Below, in pieces: positions 39,630-52,857 of a stretch of DNA of 64,000 nt (position 1 is the first letter of the stretch; each line of letters opens with the position of its first letter). Under the pieces are notes generated by a model. The model was not told the origin of the DNA. It saw only the letters and a list, made by a program, of their open reading frames with translations, and searched no databases. The position numbers were made by a program, and so were the translations under genes. The stretch lies in NCBI GenBank assembly GCA_951406725.2, contig OX597832.1, forward strand, positions 36,394,001 to 36,458,000, in the 5' to 3' direction. Source of the stretch: Octopus vulgaris (lineage: Eukaryota).

Positions 39630-40840
39630 CCTCTCCCGAGCATTGGCACTAGTGAAGCAGTGTATTGAACAAAGCTGCCCTTATTTGCACTTCTTGCTGT
39701 GATATAGGTTCATCTGCTATCATATGTAAAAATTTATCTAAATTTTCTTTGAACACATCCATATCTATGCCTTGAGGTTCTCTGAGGATTTTTGGCTTGG
39801 TATCAAAATGCTGTTGGCCTTGGAACTCGAAGCTTTTACAATATTGTGTTTTTATTGAAGTTGAAGAGGGTGGAATCTTTGGTACTCTGCAGTGGCATCC
39901 ATTTTGGAGTTGGTATAACTTTCAGTCCCGAAGTTAGGTGGTAGACTCCTCTGGACCTTTCATATATATATATACATATACACACACACCTTTCACATTT
40001 TCACTCTCAGGATTAGAGCCTCGGTTCTTTTAGCCTCTGCCAGTAGCTCATCTGTTGCACTGAGGCAATCATCTTTCTGTTGAGAGCTCAAGTGCTATTA
40101 GTTTGATGCTCTGTGGTGACCAAGAAACTGGCAATAAATCTTCTTTATAGGATCAACATAGTTTCTTTTTTCTTTGTTCTGAATGATCTCAGAATCTAAT
40201 CAGCCAATTGCTTGCATGTTTTTGCCATTTTAGTAATATGCACCTGGAATGCAGCTTTATTGCTCATGTGGATTCCTTGGTCATGCACTGACTGTGATTC
40301 TGGAATTGCAGTGTACTCTGCTTCTGTGTACTCTGATTGGAATCTGGCAGTAGTTAGATGGCTGAGTGCTTGAAATTTTGCAGCATTGAACTCCATGTTG
40401 TTTCTCATTTGTATATTTCATTCAGGCTTTTCTGTAGTATTGAGTTATTATCAAGGTTGTTGACTGCTTGTGATACTTTTGTATCATCAGCATACCTGGT
40501 GAAGTGGCTGCCAATATAACTGAAGGCATTCTGAAAGAGCCACCAGTTCCCTGAGGGACTCCATTCAAAATTGATATTTCCTTGAGAAAGCACCTTTAGT
40601 TACAACTATTTAACTCCTACTTATGTTAAGATGATTCCTAAAATTGCCTTCCATCCCACTACAAGCATTTATTCTGTGTTGCCATAATGTGGCAAATTGT
40701 TCCCCAGAAGAGCCATTGTGGTCTAGAAGCCAAATGCACTATTGGCACCAATTACAGAAGATGCAAACAGCCAAAATGGTGAAACCTGCATATTGTATTC
40801 ATCTTATTTTCCCCCTATGTCTGCTCTGAATATCATGTCT
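39630..40840 (-). mobile_element. decayed CR1-type LINE RT fragment
   Basis: YADDTKVSQAV...LQKSLNEIYK and NNMEFNAAKFQAL motifs. Confidence 0.82.
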
Positions 40841-40934
40841 AGTAATGCTGGTAAGTACGGTAATAACCATACCACTTTAACGGAAGAAGACCGGGTGATG
40901 ATAATCAATGTGAAGCTCTAAATTCGCTGGTAGC

Positions 40935-41545
40935 AGTTGGTTGTGTGGTAAGAAGGTGGCGAGCTGGCAGAAACGTTAGTACGCCAGGCAAAATGCTTAA
41001 CGGTATCTCGTCTGCCGCTATATTCTCAGTTCAAATTCCGCCAAGGCTGACTTTGCCTTTCATCCTTTCGGGGTTGATTAAATAAGTACCAGTTACACAC
41101 TGGAGTCGATGTAATCGACTTAATCCGTTTGTCTGTCCTTGTTTGTCCCATCTGTGTGGGCAATAAAGAAATAAGAAGCTTGCTTCTCAACCACACAGTT
41201 CCAGGTTCAGTCCCACTGCATAGAACCTTGGGCAGGTTTCTTCTGCTATAGCCATGGGTTGACCATGGCTATTGTAGGGGGATTTGGGAGACAGAAACTG
41301 AAAGAAACCCATTGTGTATATATGTGCGTGTATATATTTTTTTGTGTCTGTGTTTGTCCCCCATAACTGCTTGGCAACTAGTATTGGTTTGTTTATGTCC
41401 CCATAACTTAGCAGTTCAACAAAAAGAGACTGATAAAATAAGTACCAGGCTTAAGACTAAGGCCTATTCGTTCAGCTAAAAGGTTCTTCAAGGTGTGGTG
41501 CCCCAGCATGGCTGCAGTGTCTTGACTGAAGCAGATAAAAGAATA
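40935..41545 (+). mobile_element. SINE A interrupted by SINE E
   Basis: SINE E at 40956-41171 flanked by TAAGAAG (40949-40955 and 41172-41178); SINE A resumes at cttgcttctcaacc. Confidence 0.82.
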
Positions 41546-42043
41546 TATATATATATATATATATATAGTAACCTGGTTTACAAATCCATATCTATATGAT
41601 TAATAATGGATTGCATTAGCAGAACTGCTCTGCTCATGCCATCTTTGTCGATAAATAGTGCAGCATTTGTATTTAATTGAAAACTGAAAGGTTGTGAAAG
41701 AATCATCACTCTAAGGTGTGGGAAATGAACCTAAATTTAGAACTAAGAGGTTTTATATTGTGATATCTGACTGGCAGAAAATCTTGATTATTTGCTATTC
41801 ATCAATTCTGATCTTGCAGTTCTAACTTGACCTCTCTCAATGGAAATAACAAAATATAAGTAAAATTTAATTTTGACCTGCTCCAATATGTCAGAGTTCC
41901 TTTCCAAGATTTCTAACGATCATTCTGATGTGTGTTGAAAGTTACTTGACATCATGGGCCATTTGACCAGTTTATGTCCTCTGGCATTCAAAACTGACTA
42001 TTTTCCATCTTTCCTTTTAACCTACTTGATAAGGTACCAGTTA

Positions 42044-42084
<41 letters not shown>

Positions 42085-42139
42085 CACCATTCCAGTTCAT
42101 GTGTTGTTTGATATAAACATAATGACTTACCTTTTTTTT

Positions 42140-42510
42140 AATACCTTTTACTTGTTTCAGTCATCAGACTGCTCCCATGCCAGAGCACCACCTTGGAGGA
42201 TTTTAATCAAACTAATCAACCCCCAGGACTTATTTTGTTTAAAACCTGGTACTTATTCTGTTGCTTTCTTTTGCCAAACTGCGAAGTTGTGGAGATTTAA
42301 ACACACCAACACCAGCTGTAAGCAGTCATGGGACCCCCCCCCCCCCAGACAATGGGCCTCTTTCAGTTTTTGTCTACCAAATCCACTCACAAGGCTTGGT
42401 CAGCCCTAGGTTATAGTAGAAGACAGTTGCCAAAGGTGCTACAAATGGGACTGAACCTGGAACTGTATGGTTGAGAAGGAAACTTCCTACCACACAGCCA
42501 CACCTGCGTG
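42140..42510 (-). mobile_element. SINE family A, full length
   Basis: Both halves present. Confidence 0.8.
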
Positions 42511-42979
42511 GATCCTACTTATACAAAAGATGTAATTCATTTCCTCCAGTTTTTGTTCTTTGTCTCTCTCCGTCACATTTAACATTTTATTACTGGTTTA
42601 AAAGCCAATAACATTTGCATTCAGTCTTTCTCTCTCCCCCTCCCCCTTCTTACTACATTAGCCATTTAGCATTCAGATTGTTCTGTCAAATGTAATGCTT
42701 ACTTTTAATTACTTATCTATTATCTTTTAGCTATCAGATTTCAATGCTGTGGCTGTTTATATGTTTAGAATGACATTGTAGGGGAGGCGTGAGAGGCCAA
42801 ATCTGGCCAGTTTGAACTTAAAACAGGAAAAATATTTGGGCTGGATATGGCCGGTTTAAATGCTAACTGGTTGAAGTGATGAAAACATCACTGTTAGCAC
42901 CTTTGCTGCATTTGAACCCTGAATGTAAAGCGCCAAAACAGGATGTTTTTCTTTTGCTTTTTCTGTCCTAGTTTTTTTT

Positions 42980-43715
42980 TTAATGTTCTGAGTTCAAATG
43001 CCAAAGTTATCTTAGCTTTTTGTCCCTCTGGAGTTGATAAAATGAAGTACCCGTTAAATGCTGGGGTCAATGGTGTTAACTAAAGCCCTCCCCCAAATTT
43101 CAGTCCCTGTGCCTCTCTCTGATATGTTTGTTACTGAAAGAATTGTAACCATTGGATGAAGGGCTCTGCAGCATTTCTTTCAGCTCCCTACCTTCTGATT
43201 ACAAATCCTGCTGAGTCCAGCTTAGCCTTTTATCCTTTCAGGGTTAATAAAATAAAGTAACAGCCAAGTACTGGGGCTGATGTAATCATCTAAGCCCCTT
43301 CTTTCAAAATGATGTGCCTTGTACCTAAATCGGAAACCATTATTTATAAGAATTGTAGATCACTGGAACATTAAGGAATGTAATCAATATTATATTCCGC
43401 TTGTTTGCAATAAGTACAAATCCTCTTCAAGTCACCTGCCCTGATGTCAGTTTGCTCTGTTATACTTGCTCACCCCAAAATGTGTAGCCCTGTGCCTGTT
43501 TTAGACATTATTATTAGTATTAGTACTGCACCTACTTAGTGCCATTTCTTTTGTTTTTATCTTCTGAGTTCCAATGACATTGAGGTCTACTTTGCTTTCA
43601 TCTTTTCAGGGTCAGTAAAATAAGTACCAGTTGAGTATTGGCGTTGATGTAATTGACTTCACCTCCTCCTATCAAATTTTAGGCCTTGTGTCCATAGTAG
43701 AGATATTTATTATCA

Positions 43716-43746
<31 letters not shown>

Positions 43747-43965
43747 GGTGGTGGTGAGCTAGCAGTCATTAGAATGCTGGGCAAAATGCTAAGCGGCATT
43801 TTGTTCATCCTTACGGTGTTCAAATTCCACGGAGGTTGACTTTGCCTTTAATCCTTTGGGGTTGATAAATTAATTACCAATGAATCACTGGGGTTGACCT
43901 GATTGATTTGTCCCCTCCCCCAAAATGTCAGGTCTTGTGCTTTTAGTGGAAAGGATTATTATTAT
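42980..43965 (+). mobile_element. array of degenerate SINE E copies
   Basis: About four head-to-tail units separated by ATT-rich tails. Confidence 0.75.
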
Positions 43966-44079
43966 TATTATTATTCTCATTGTTGTTGCTGTTTTGTTTT
44001 ATACAAGCTATTCTAGGTCTCATCCAGAGACCTCAAGAAAGAATAAGTTAGAGTTTTTGCTTTGGGTATTACTTTTGGA

Positions 44080-45370
44080 AAGGGAGGATATATGGAAGCT
44101 TAAGTATCCAGCAAAATGTCATACATTTAGAGAAGTACTAGTTGAAGAATTTGAAGAGCAGGAGGAAGAAATTGAGATGTATAAGAGAAGACTCTTGCAA
44201 GTTTCTGCAAGACAATCTTTTGAGGGCCACAGACCAGGTCTGTGGCTGGTGCAAAGTTCCATTTAGACTGAGGGTTATGTGATGGTGGAGCAGAGAGGTA
44301 GACTGAATGGCTCTCACAAACCATTCATCTATTCCTTGCTTACTCAGCTACTACTACCCCAGAGAGTAAAATGAGGCAGTAGACAATTATACCAGGTGCT
44401 AGAAGAGAAGCTAGGAACAGGTTTATTTAGCTACATGAGAATCAGAAAGTTAGTGGTTTTCAAATAGTCCACAGTGTCAGGACCAGAAATATGAGGTGTT
44501 CTCAATTATAAAACAGAGTATCAAAAAAAAAATCCAGACTTTGTGGAAGAGAAGCATGTAGAGATGAATAATGGTGCATTCACACTTTCTTATTCTGAAA
44601 AGAAAGAGGTATGGAAGTGCTATCATGAAGGGCTATAACATACAAAAAGTGCATTGGAAAAAGAGGCTTAGCAGACAGTAGTATGTTAGTCAAAGTGATT
44701 AGGGAGATTAAGGCAAGTAAAGTTTCTGGTCACTAGGAATTACTGCTGAGATGCTTAGAATATTTGGCTGTGTAGTATATGACCCAGAAACTCCTCTAGT
44801 CAATCAGGCTGTACAAGAAGTTCTTGTAGCCAAAGGTGGAGGGAATGCATTAGAGAAAGGTAATTACAGAGGTATCAAATTGCTGGACCAGGTTATAAAA
44901 GTTACAAAAGGAGTTTTTAGCTCAATTAATTTTGAAAAGAATTAGCATAGGTGAGATGTGGTTTGGTTTTGTGCCAAGAAGTACTATTAATGTTCTTCTC
45001 CTTGATGAAGCAACTATAAGACAAGTATTTAGCCAAAAGTTATCCACTGTACTCAGCATTTGTTAACCTGGAGAAAGCTTTTGTCAGTGTTGCTCACTCT
45101 CTGAGGTAGTTGTAGCCGAGTAAGCAAGGAATAGATGAATGGTTTGTGAGAGCCATTCAGACAATATACAATGGTATTATCAGAAAGGTGATACATGGTG
45201 GTCTCACATGGTTTTTATGTAAAAAGTGTCCAATACATTCTGCAAAATAGTTGGTGTTAGGATGGGCTTTCAGGCATAGAAACAATTCCAAAGCAATCTT
45301 TGAATTACGACAACCCAACAACTTGTCAGATCCTGTTGATCCGTATCGGCTTGGAAGACAGATGTTCAGG
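44080..45370 (+). mobile_element. decayed RTE LINE (linker, RT N-terminus, 3' tail)
   Basis: IWKLK...RATDQVCGWCK, KGGGNALEKGNYRGIKLLDQVIKV, FGFVPR and AFVNLEKAF motifs with stops and frameshifts. Confidence 0.85.
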
Positions 45371-45382
45371 GATTCCTATTAT

Positions 45383-46255
45383 TAAGGCGGCAAGCTGGCA
45401 GAATCCTTGGCATGCTGGACAAAATGCTTAGTAGAATTTCATCCATCATTACATTCTGAGTTCAAATTATGCTAAGGTTGACTTTGCCTGTCATTGTTTT
45501 GGGGTTGATGAAATAAGTACCAGTTGAATACTGGAGGTCAAGGTAATTGACTTTCACCCCCACCACCAAACTTCAGGTCTTGTGTGCCTATTGCAGAAAG
45601 GATTATTATTAATATTGGCTGTGAGCAGGAAGAACCACTAATGAGTCAGACAATATGTGGAGCGATATTTCTTCCAGCTCATTGCAATCTGAAATCAAAT
45701 CCTGCTGAGCTTGACTTTATCTTTTATCTTTTGGGGGTTGATAAAAAAAAAAAAAGGACTAGCTAAGGATAATCAACTTGACCCCCCCCCCTCATAAAAT
45801 CCAGCCTTGTCCCCAGATTTGAAACCAAAGTGGCCAGCTGGCAGAATCATTAGCATTCCAGACAACATGCTTACCAGCATTTCTTCTGGCTTCATGTTCT
45901 GACATCAACTTTGACTTTCATCTTTTGAGAAGGATAAAATAAGTCTTGGAGTTGATTTAATCAGCTTGCCTCTTCCCACTCAATTCCAGGCCTTGTGCCT
46001 ATCACAGAAAGGATTATTATTATTATTATTAAGGCAGCAAGCTGGCAGAATCATCAGCTGCCAAGCAAAATGCTTAGCGGTATTTTGTCTGTCTTTACAT
46101 TCTGAGTTCAAATGCCACTGAGCTTGACTTTACCTTTCATCCTTTTGGGGTGGGGTCAATAAAATTAGTACCAGTTGAGTACTGGAATCAAAGTAATCGA
46201 CCTATCCTCTCCCCCAAATTTCAGGCCTTGTGCCTAGAGTAGAAAACATTATTGT
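45383..46255 (+). mobile_element. array of four SINE E copies
   Basis: Units start at ~45383, 45620, 45830 and 46030. Confidence 0.8.
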
Positions 46256-47259
46256 TATTAAATTACTCTTTCCGTTAAGCTGTGGTTTTATTTACCTGCT
46301 GCAAAAGAAGGGAGTTAATTTGTTGATGTGACACTGTAGCTTATTCCCCCCCACCCAGTTTTATTTTTTACAACCTACTTTTCTCTCTGTCACACACACA
46401 TTATCTGTCTGTCTGTCTTCCTCCGTTTTTCCTTTGCCTCTCTCTATTTATATATCTGTACTATTTGCTTATTTCAACATCTTGTACAACATGAAGTATT
46501 AATAAATAACAACAACAGCAACAACAACAAGAGACAATGGGTGGGGGTGGGGGTGAGGGGTGGGAGAAGGAAGAGCAAAGTGTAATGGTTGGAGTTTTTC
46601 GTATTTCTATTGATTTTTGTCTCATGAATTGTTTAGTGTGAACAGTCACTTGTATGGCAATAGTCCTGGCAGTAAGTGCTAAAACATTGCAGCGTGTAAA
46701 TTGTTCCATCTGAACACAATGCTACGTGTCTTGCTTCTTCATTCCTTTTTTCTGTCTGTCTGTCTGTCTCTCATTCATTCCACTGCTCGTTAGACTCGTT
46801 ACTATCTAACCCACGATTTCCATTCTTGATTAATATAGAACCTACCAATATATGCTACGATCTGATGTATTGATCTCTACATGTGTGTGTGTGTGTGTGT
46901 GTGTCTGATCATCCTTATTTAGTTTTTTCTCTCGTTATTATTTTTTATTTTACAAGTCAAAAGAAGCATTTTGGGAATGAATGCGGAAGATCAAAGAACA
47001 AACAACACCAGCTTATGTATGATGTTGCTATGAATTATTCAATATTTCTGTATTGAAGAATCCCTTCATTTTACTCCATACATGAAGCCATTTGCTGAGG
47101 TATATTGAAAAGTGGTGTTGGTGGGGATTAATTCTGTAGCAGAATGTTCCATCTTCTTTATTGACCTCTACATAAGTACACTCACCAGTTTCACTTCAGT
47201 CTATTACATCTGCCTTTCATATATTTAGCTTATTTTACTTACTATTTACAAAAAAAAAA

Positions 47260-47695
47260 ATCCTTTCTACTTTAGGCGCAAGGCCTGAAACTTGGGTAGT
47301 CAATCATATTGACCCCAGTTTGATACTGGTTCTTATTTCATCAACCCCAAAAGGATGAAAAGCAAAGCTGGCCTTGGCAGAATTTGAACTCGGGACATAA
47401 AGATGGATGAAATACTGCTAAGCATTTTGCCCTGCACACTAATAATTCTGTCGGCTCACCACCTTACAATAATTATAATGGTAATAATAATGGCTTCAAA
47501 TTTTTTCACAAAGAGAGCAATTTTGGGGGAGGGAATGAATTGATTACATCGACCCCAGTGTTTAACTGGTACTTATTTTATCGACCCTGAAAGGATGAAA
47601 GGCAAAGTTGACCTCAGCAGAATTTGAAAGGCAAAATACCTCTAAGCACTTCATCCAGCGTGCTAACAATTCTGCCAGCTCGCTGCCTTACAATA
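47260..47695 (-). mobile_element. two SINE E copies in inverted orientation
   Basis: Reverse complements of the + strand units. Confidence 0.8.
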
Positions 47696-48974
47696 ATAAT
47701 AACGGTAATAATGATAATAATTTTTGTTAAATTTTGGTATAGGGCCAGCAGTTTTAAGGGGACGAGTGTGGTTAGTGGTATAATGGACAACATGCTAGAC
47801 AAACCATTTTGCAGTAACCTAGTTATGTCCTTGATTCTGGGTTCGAATCCTACCAAGGTTGATTTCACTTTTCTGTTTTCCCATGGTTGATAAATAAAGC
47901 ACTACTTATATATTGACACCATGAACATTTGTGGTCCTGTTGTGCTTTTGCTTCCCAACCACATGCTTCTGGGTTCAGTCCCACTGCATGGCACCTCGGG
48001 CAAGGGTTGACATACTTTGGTTTCCTTGCCTTTACATTGTGTGATATATGTAAATGAATGTCAGTCCTATTGGCAGTGTCATTCATTTCTGATATTCTGT
48101 AAAAATATACCTGGTCATGGGGAACTATTACTTTGCTTGGAAACAAAAGAGAAATCTAGTGATATGATGATGACTATGCTATTATTATTACTGTTACTGA
48201 GTTCAAATCTCACCAAGGTCGACATAGCCTTTCATCTCTTTGGGGCTGATGGTTTCAACTAATCCCTCCCACTCAAAATCACTGGCATTGTGCCTAAATC
48301 AAAAATTATTATTATTACTATTAAGGCTGACCAGAGCAAAACAACAGCTTTGAATTCCTCAGTAGATGGAGCCGGAAGAGAGTTTGAATTAAATCTCTGT
48401 TAACTGTACTAAACCAGTGCTATAACTATTTTTATTGTTAAACATTTGGTAAAAGCTTAACATTTGTTGGAACATACCTCCCTTATGATTCACTCACAAT
48501 TACCATTTAAATCATGGAGTATTTTTCTGCCTTTTTAAAAATTTTCTTGTTTTAACTAAAATTTCGCCAAAGCTGCTTCCAGCAAGTTGCCCTTTCTTGG
48601 AAATCGGAATGAAAGCATCCATTAATTTTTAAAATTTAATTTATCTAAAGTTCATAAATGGATTCATACTTTCTTTCTATTGTTTCTGCTTTCTGTTTTA
48701 TTATTTAATTTAATTTATGTTTTTAATTATTTTTTTTACCTTTTCAATGGAGTAACATTTGATTTTTGGCAGTTAATTGAAACTCTACTGTTGAATTCTT
48801 CATCACCAGATTTCTCTTGGTGCTGCATATTACATCAATGCCAATTAATGCCTTCTCTCGCAACTCATCTCTATCATTAGATCCTGTCTACAGTAATTTG
48901 GCTTTTTGGAAAAATTAGTATGATTGACATGGAAAAATGTCTTATTATTATTGTTGTTGTTGTTACATCATCAT

Positions 48975-50215
48975 CATGGTGGTGAGCTCGTAGAATTGTT
49001 AGCATGTTGGACAAAATGCTTAGCAACATTTCAATCAAAACTGAGTTGCCTTTCAATCCTTTTGGGGTCATCATCTTCCTTCTCCAACATACATCTTCCA
49101 TGCTGATATGGGTTGGATGGTTTCACAGGAGCTGGTTAGCTGGAGAACTGCCCAGGCTCTCAGTTGTTTTGGAATGGTTTCTATGGCTGGATGCTCTTCC
49201 TAATGCCAACCACTTTATGGAGTGTACTGGATGTGTTTTTGCATGGCACTGGGGTTGATGTAATTGACTTAATTTCTTCCTCTAAATTTGCTGGCCTTGT
49301 GCCAAAATTTGAAACCAAGACCACCACCATCATCATCATCATCATTATGAATGAACTCAAATGCCACTAGGGTTGACTTTGCTTTTCATCCTTTCAGGGT
49401 GGATAAAATAAGTACCAGTTATGCACTGGGGTTGATGTAATCAACTTAACCCTTCCCTAAAATTGCTAACTTTGTGCCATTATTATTATTATTATCAGCT
49501 GAAATCTTGCTGAGGTCAATTTTGCTTTTCATTCTTTTGAGATTGGTGAACTAAAATACCAGTCAAGTACTGGGGTTGATGTAATCAACTAACATCCCCC
49601 AACCAAAATTTTGGCCTGTGTGTTTATAGTAGAAAGGATTATTATTATTATTATTATTATCACAGTGAACTGGCAGAATCATTAACACACTGGGTAAAAT
49701 GCTTAGTGGCATTTCATCTGTCTTTTTGTTATGAGTTCAAATTCCACTGAGGTCGACTTTGTTTCATCCTTTTGGGGTTGATGAAACACTGGGATTGATT
49801 AGTCCTCTCCCTCCAAAATTTCAGGCCTTGTGCCTTTAGTAGAAAGGATTATTATTATTATTTTAAGGTGGTAAATTGGCATTGTTAGTGTCTGAAAAAA
49901 TGCACGGTGGTATCTTGTTATGGTTCATTATTCTCTGAGCTCAAATCCAAGGTCAACTTTGCTTTTATCTTGAAATATAGTACCAAGGAAATAGAATACC
50001 AGGCAAATGTAGAAAATTTAATCAACTTACCACTCCTCTTTCAAATTTGTGGCATTTTTTTCCTTTGTAAAAAAATTGTTATGCTCTGAGGTATTTAGCA
50101 ACACCTTTTTTACATGGTCAGCTTATTTTTTATCCGTTCAGGGTCAATAAAATAGATATTATCAAATACCAGGGAGTGGGTGGTATTATAATTTATTACC
50201 TATTTGTGGCCTTGT
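48975..50215 (+). mobile_element. array of SINE E copies with an inserted RTE tail
   Basis: About six partial or complete units; further copies at ~48190-48310 and 51445-51575. Confidence 0.75.
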
Positions 50216-51726
50216 GTTTTGATGGCAAACCTGTTATTTTTAGAGAATTCCCATGCTAATATGAGTAGGGTGGCCACTTTCACACTGAAATGAACTGAGA
50301 GGAAGCTACCCCTGTAAAGTCAAGCAGTAGTGGAGAATGTATACGTCATTTCTATCTGACCATCATGCCTTGCTCCCAGTTTTCATCTGACCGCATTCAA
50401 GCACTTTGGGGAGGTTGCATTTCACTGATCAAGAAGTCAGTTTTCTGCCAACACATTCTGAATGGAAGGAAGACTCAGTATGGCATGGCTGATGACATGT
50501 AGATATGAGTTTGGTTATGGTATCTGCAGAGATTCTTGGATAACGAGCAACTGTCATTACTGTTGGTCAGTCATACCTTCCCACAAGTCATCTCTTGTCC
50601 TGGGTCAAGTGAAAACCTTGGTGTGGCATTTGCAATGTTGACAGGTAGTCATAGTCCCATAGTGAGAGGGTAACACTGCTGGTATACACCAATCTTTGCA
50701 TTCTGTTAAGCACACAGATGGTCTTGGACCAACTTTAGGTGCTGACAAAGATCGACTGACTAGTTTATTATGGAAGACTTCCAACCTGGAGAATTTGAAC
50801 AACTTCAAGAATCTCTTGGTTGGCTCTGCTACCAGGTGGCTATTGCTGGTTTAGGATAATACACTACTGAGATGGAAGTACTGTCAGCCTGACCTGTCTG
50901 CTTGAGATGCATTAAGAGTGACCATTCTGGACATTATTGATTTGTGGGTCATGTTGAGTAATTGCTGTCTTTTGTGGTTCAGATCTGGTTATTTGTCATT
51001 TTGCCACCTTCCTTTGATCAGGAAGGGCAGGAGGTTTTTCTGACTTGTTGCTATTGTAAAAGAGGTGAACAAGAATAAAAAAAAACAAATTAAGGGCGGA
51101 CGCTTTCCTCTTCAGTCAAGTTCCACTGAGAGAGAAAGGAAGGTGAAAGTGGAGAAGGAGAGATTGTGTGCCAATAAATATTCCATCATGGAAAACAGTT
51201 GTTAAATGATGATGATGAAGAATGAGAGTGACAAGAATGGGTCTACTCTTTGTATACACCAACAGTTGGAAGAGGGCCTTAACATTAAAGAGGTCTTGAT
51301 CTATGGAATTCTCTGATTCCAGATGACTGTATCTCTCCTGGGACGTTTCATTTCCTTCTATATTGTATTTCATGTCTGTTTTTCTCATACTGGATTTTAT
51401 CCTGTTTTATCACCATTTTTTGTAATGTTTCCTCATCATCATTCTGCTAGGGTTGACCTCGCCTTTCACCCCTTTCTGGGTCAATAAAATAAGTACCAGT
51501 TAGTCACTGGGGCTGATGTAATCTACTTAGCCCTGACTCTGAAATTGCAGGCCTTGTGCCCGAATTTGAACCCAATATTTCTATTCATCAAGTAAATGAT
51601 TCCTTGATTATGTGATTCTTCCTCCTCCCACCTCCCGACCAAAAGCACACACATCTTACACACACACACACACATTACACATATAATGCACACACACAAG
51701 CACAAAAATTGTCTTTTACGATACAG

Positions 51727-52075
51727 ATTCCACTCCTGAATGATGCAGCCAGAGCTGAAGAACTGTCATGAAAATATCCACCAAACTCTCACTGTTCATC
51801 AGTGGAAGAAGTCCCTTTGTCACAATTTCACAATTCTTTTGTCTGCAAATACAAGATACTTGGAACTCTAAGATAGCGAAAGAATGTGATACATAAATAC
51901 ATTTGCACATATACATACATACACTCAAACCAATGAGGAAATCTCTTCACAGTTATTGAACTTGCTAGAAATGATAGTCAAATCTTCAGTTTGTCTTAAA
52001 AAGGAAGGACCCATTAGGTTTAGTTGTCTAAGATAGCTTGTGTGAATATCAGACATGGTGGCCTTGAGTGAAACA
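51727..52075 (+). mobile_element. LINE 3' end (ORF C-terminus plus 3' UTR), split by a microsatellite
   Basis: HNSFVCKY...WNS resembles the SF...WNSLP terminus; the UTR is similar to ~13410-13545 on the opposite strand. Confidence 0.45.
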
Positions 52076-52299
52076 CACACTTTTGATAGATCTACTTGTA
52101 ACACACACACACATGTGCACACAGAGATTTATAACAGAGTTGTTATTCAGTGAGAACACATTTTTCTTGAATTCTTGTAAAGTGCAATGACCTGGAATCT
52201 ATTCTTTTTTTGTTGTTTTTTTTTCTCTCCTTGTAGCCAGGATCCCAATTCTAGTCACGGGGTTTGGTTTCATGTCCAACATTTGTAATACTTTGCTGC

Positions 52300-52680
52300 T
52301 CATCTTTCATCCTCTTTAATTGTAATGTTTCTTACCTCTTAGAGAGGAATCATCTACCGGCACCGTGAGGGTTGGCTGAATCCTGCTTTTCATGTCAGAC
52401 CTGTTTTCTCTTATATTCATCTCTCCTTATTGTAAGAGATCATTATTTCCAGTTTCAGTCTAGTCAAACGTTGTTGTTATCATTTCTAATGAGAGAGAAA
52501 TATACTGTCTTCTCTTGTTCCAGACACATTCAATATTTCACTGGTTCCACAGTATCGATGTTGCCAAATGATTTAATATCGTTAACTCTGGTTTTCTCAT
52601 TAAATTTCCCATCATCAGGTAACTCTGCAAGAATAAGTCAATCAATGGTATTGTTCTATCATGCTGATAGCACTCTGTAG
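52300..52680 (-). mobile_element. decayed LINE APE endonuclease fragment
   Basis: Frameshifted YLMMG/FNEK resembles the GDFNAK motif; stops in all frames. Confidence 0.4.
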
Positions 52681-52811
52681 AAATGGTAAGTGTGCCGTCA
52701 TCACTTCAGTGGTCGATGTCTATAGTAGAATTTCTCAAAGAAATAGAATGAATAGTTGTCTGCTAATTTCACATTCAAACAATATCTTTCTTTTCTGATC
52801 AGACACACACG

Positions 52812-52857
<46 letters not shown>

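Noticed and set aside
46654-46671. MAIVLA mini-exon as a dlg1 first exon
   Set aside because: Phase 0 does not fit the phase-1 L27 exon, and there is no similarity to known Dlg N-termini.
51716-52122. Two exon-like minus-strand ORFs
   Set aside because: Splice phases are incompatible, and the sequence is better explained as a + strand LINE 3' end.
52237-52690. Good splice signals on both strands, including ATG|GTAAGT
   Set aside because: Stops in most frames and a frameshifted GDFNAK-like endonuclease motif indicate a decayed LINE; no Dlg similarity.
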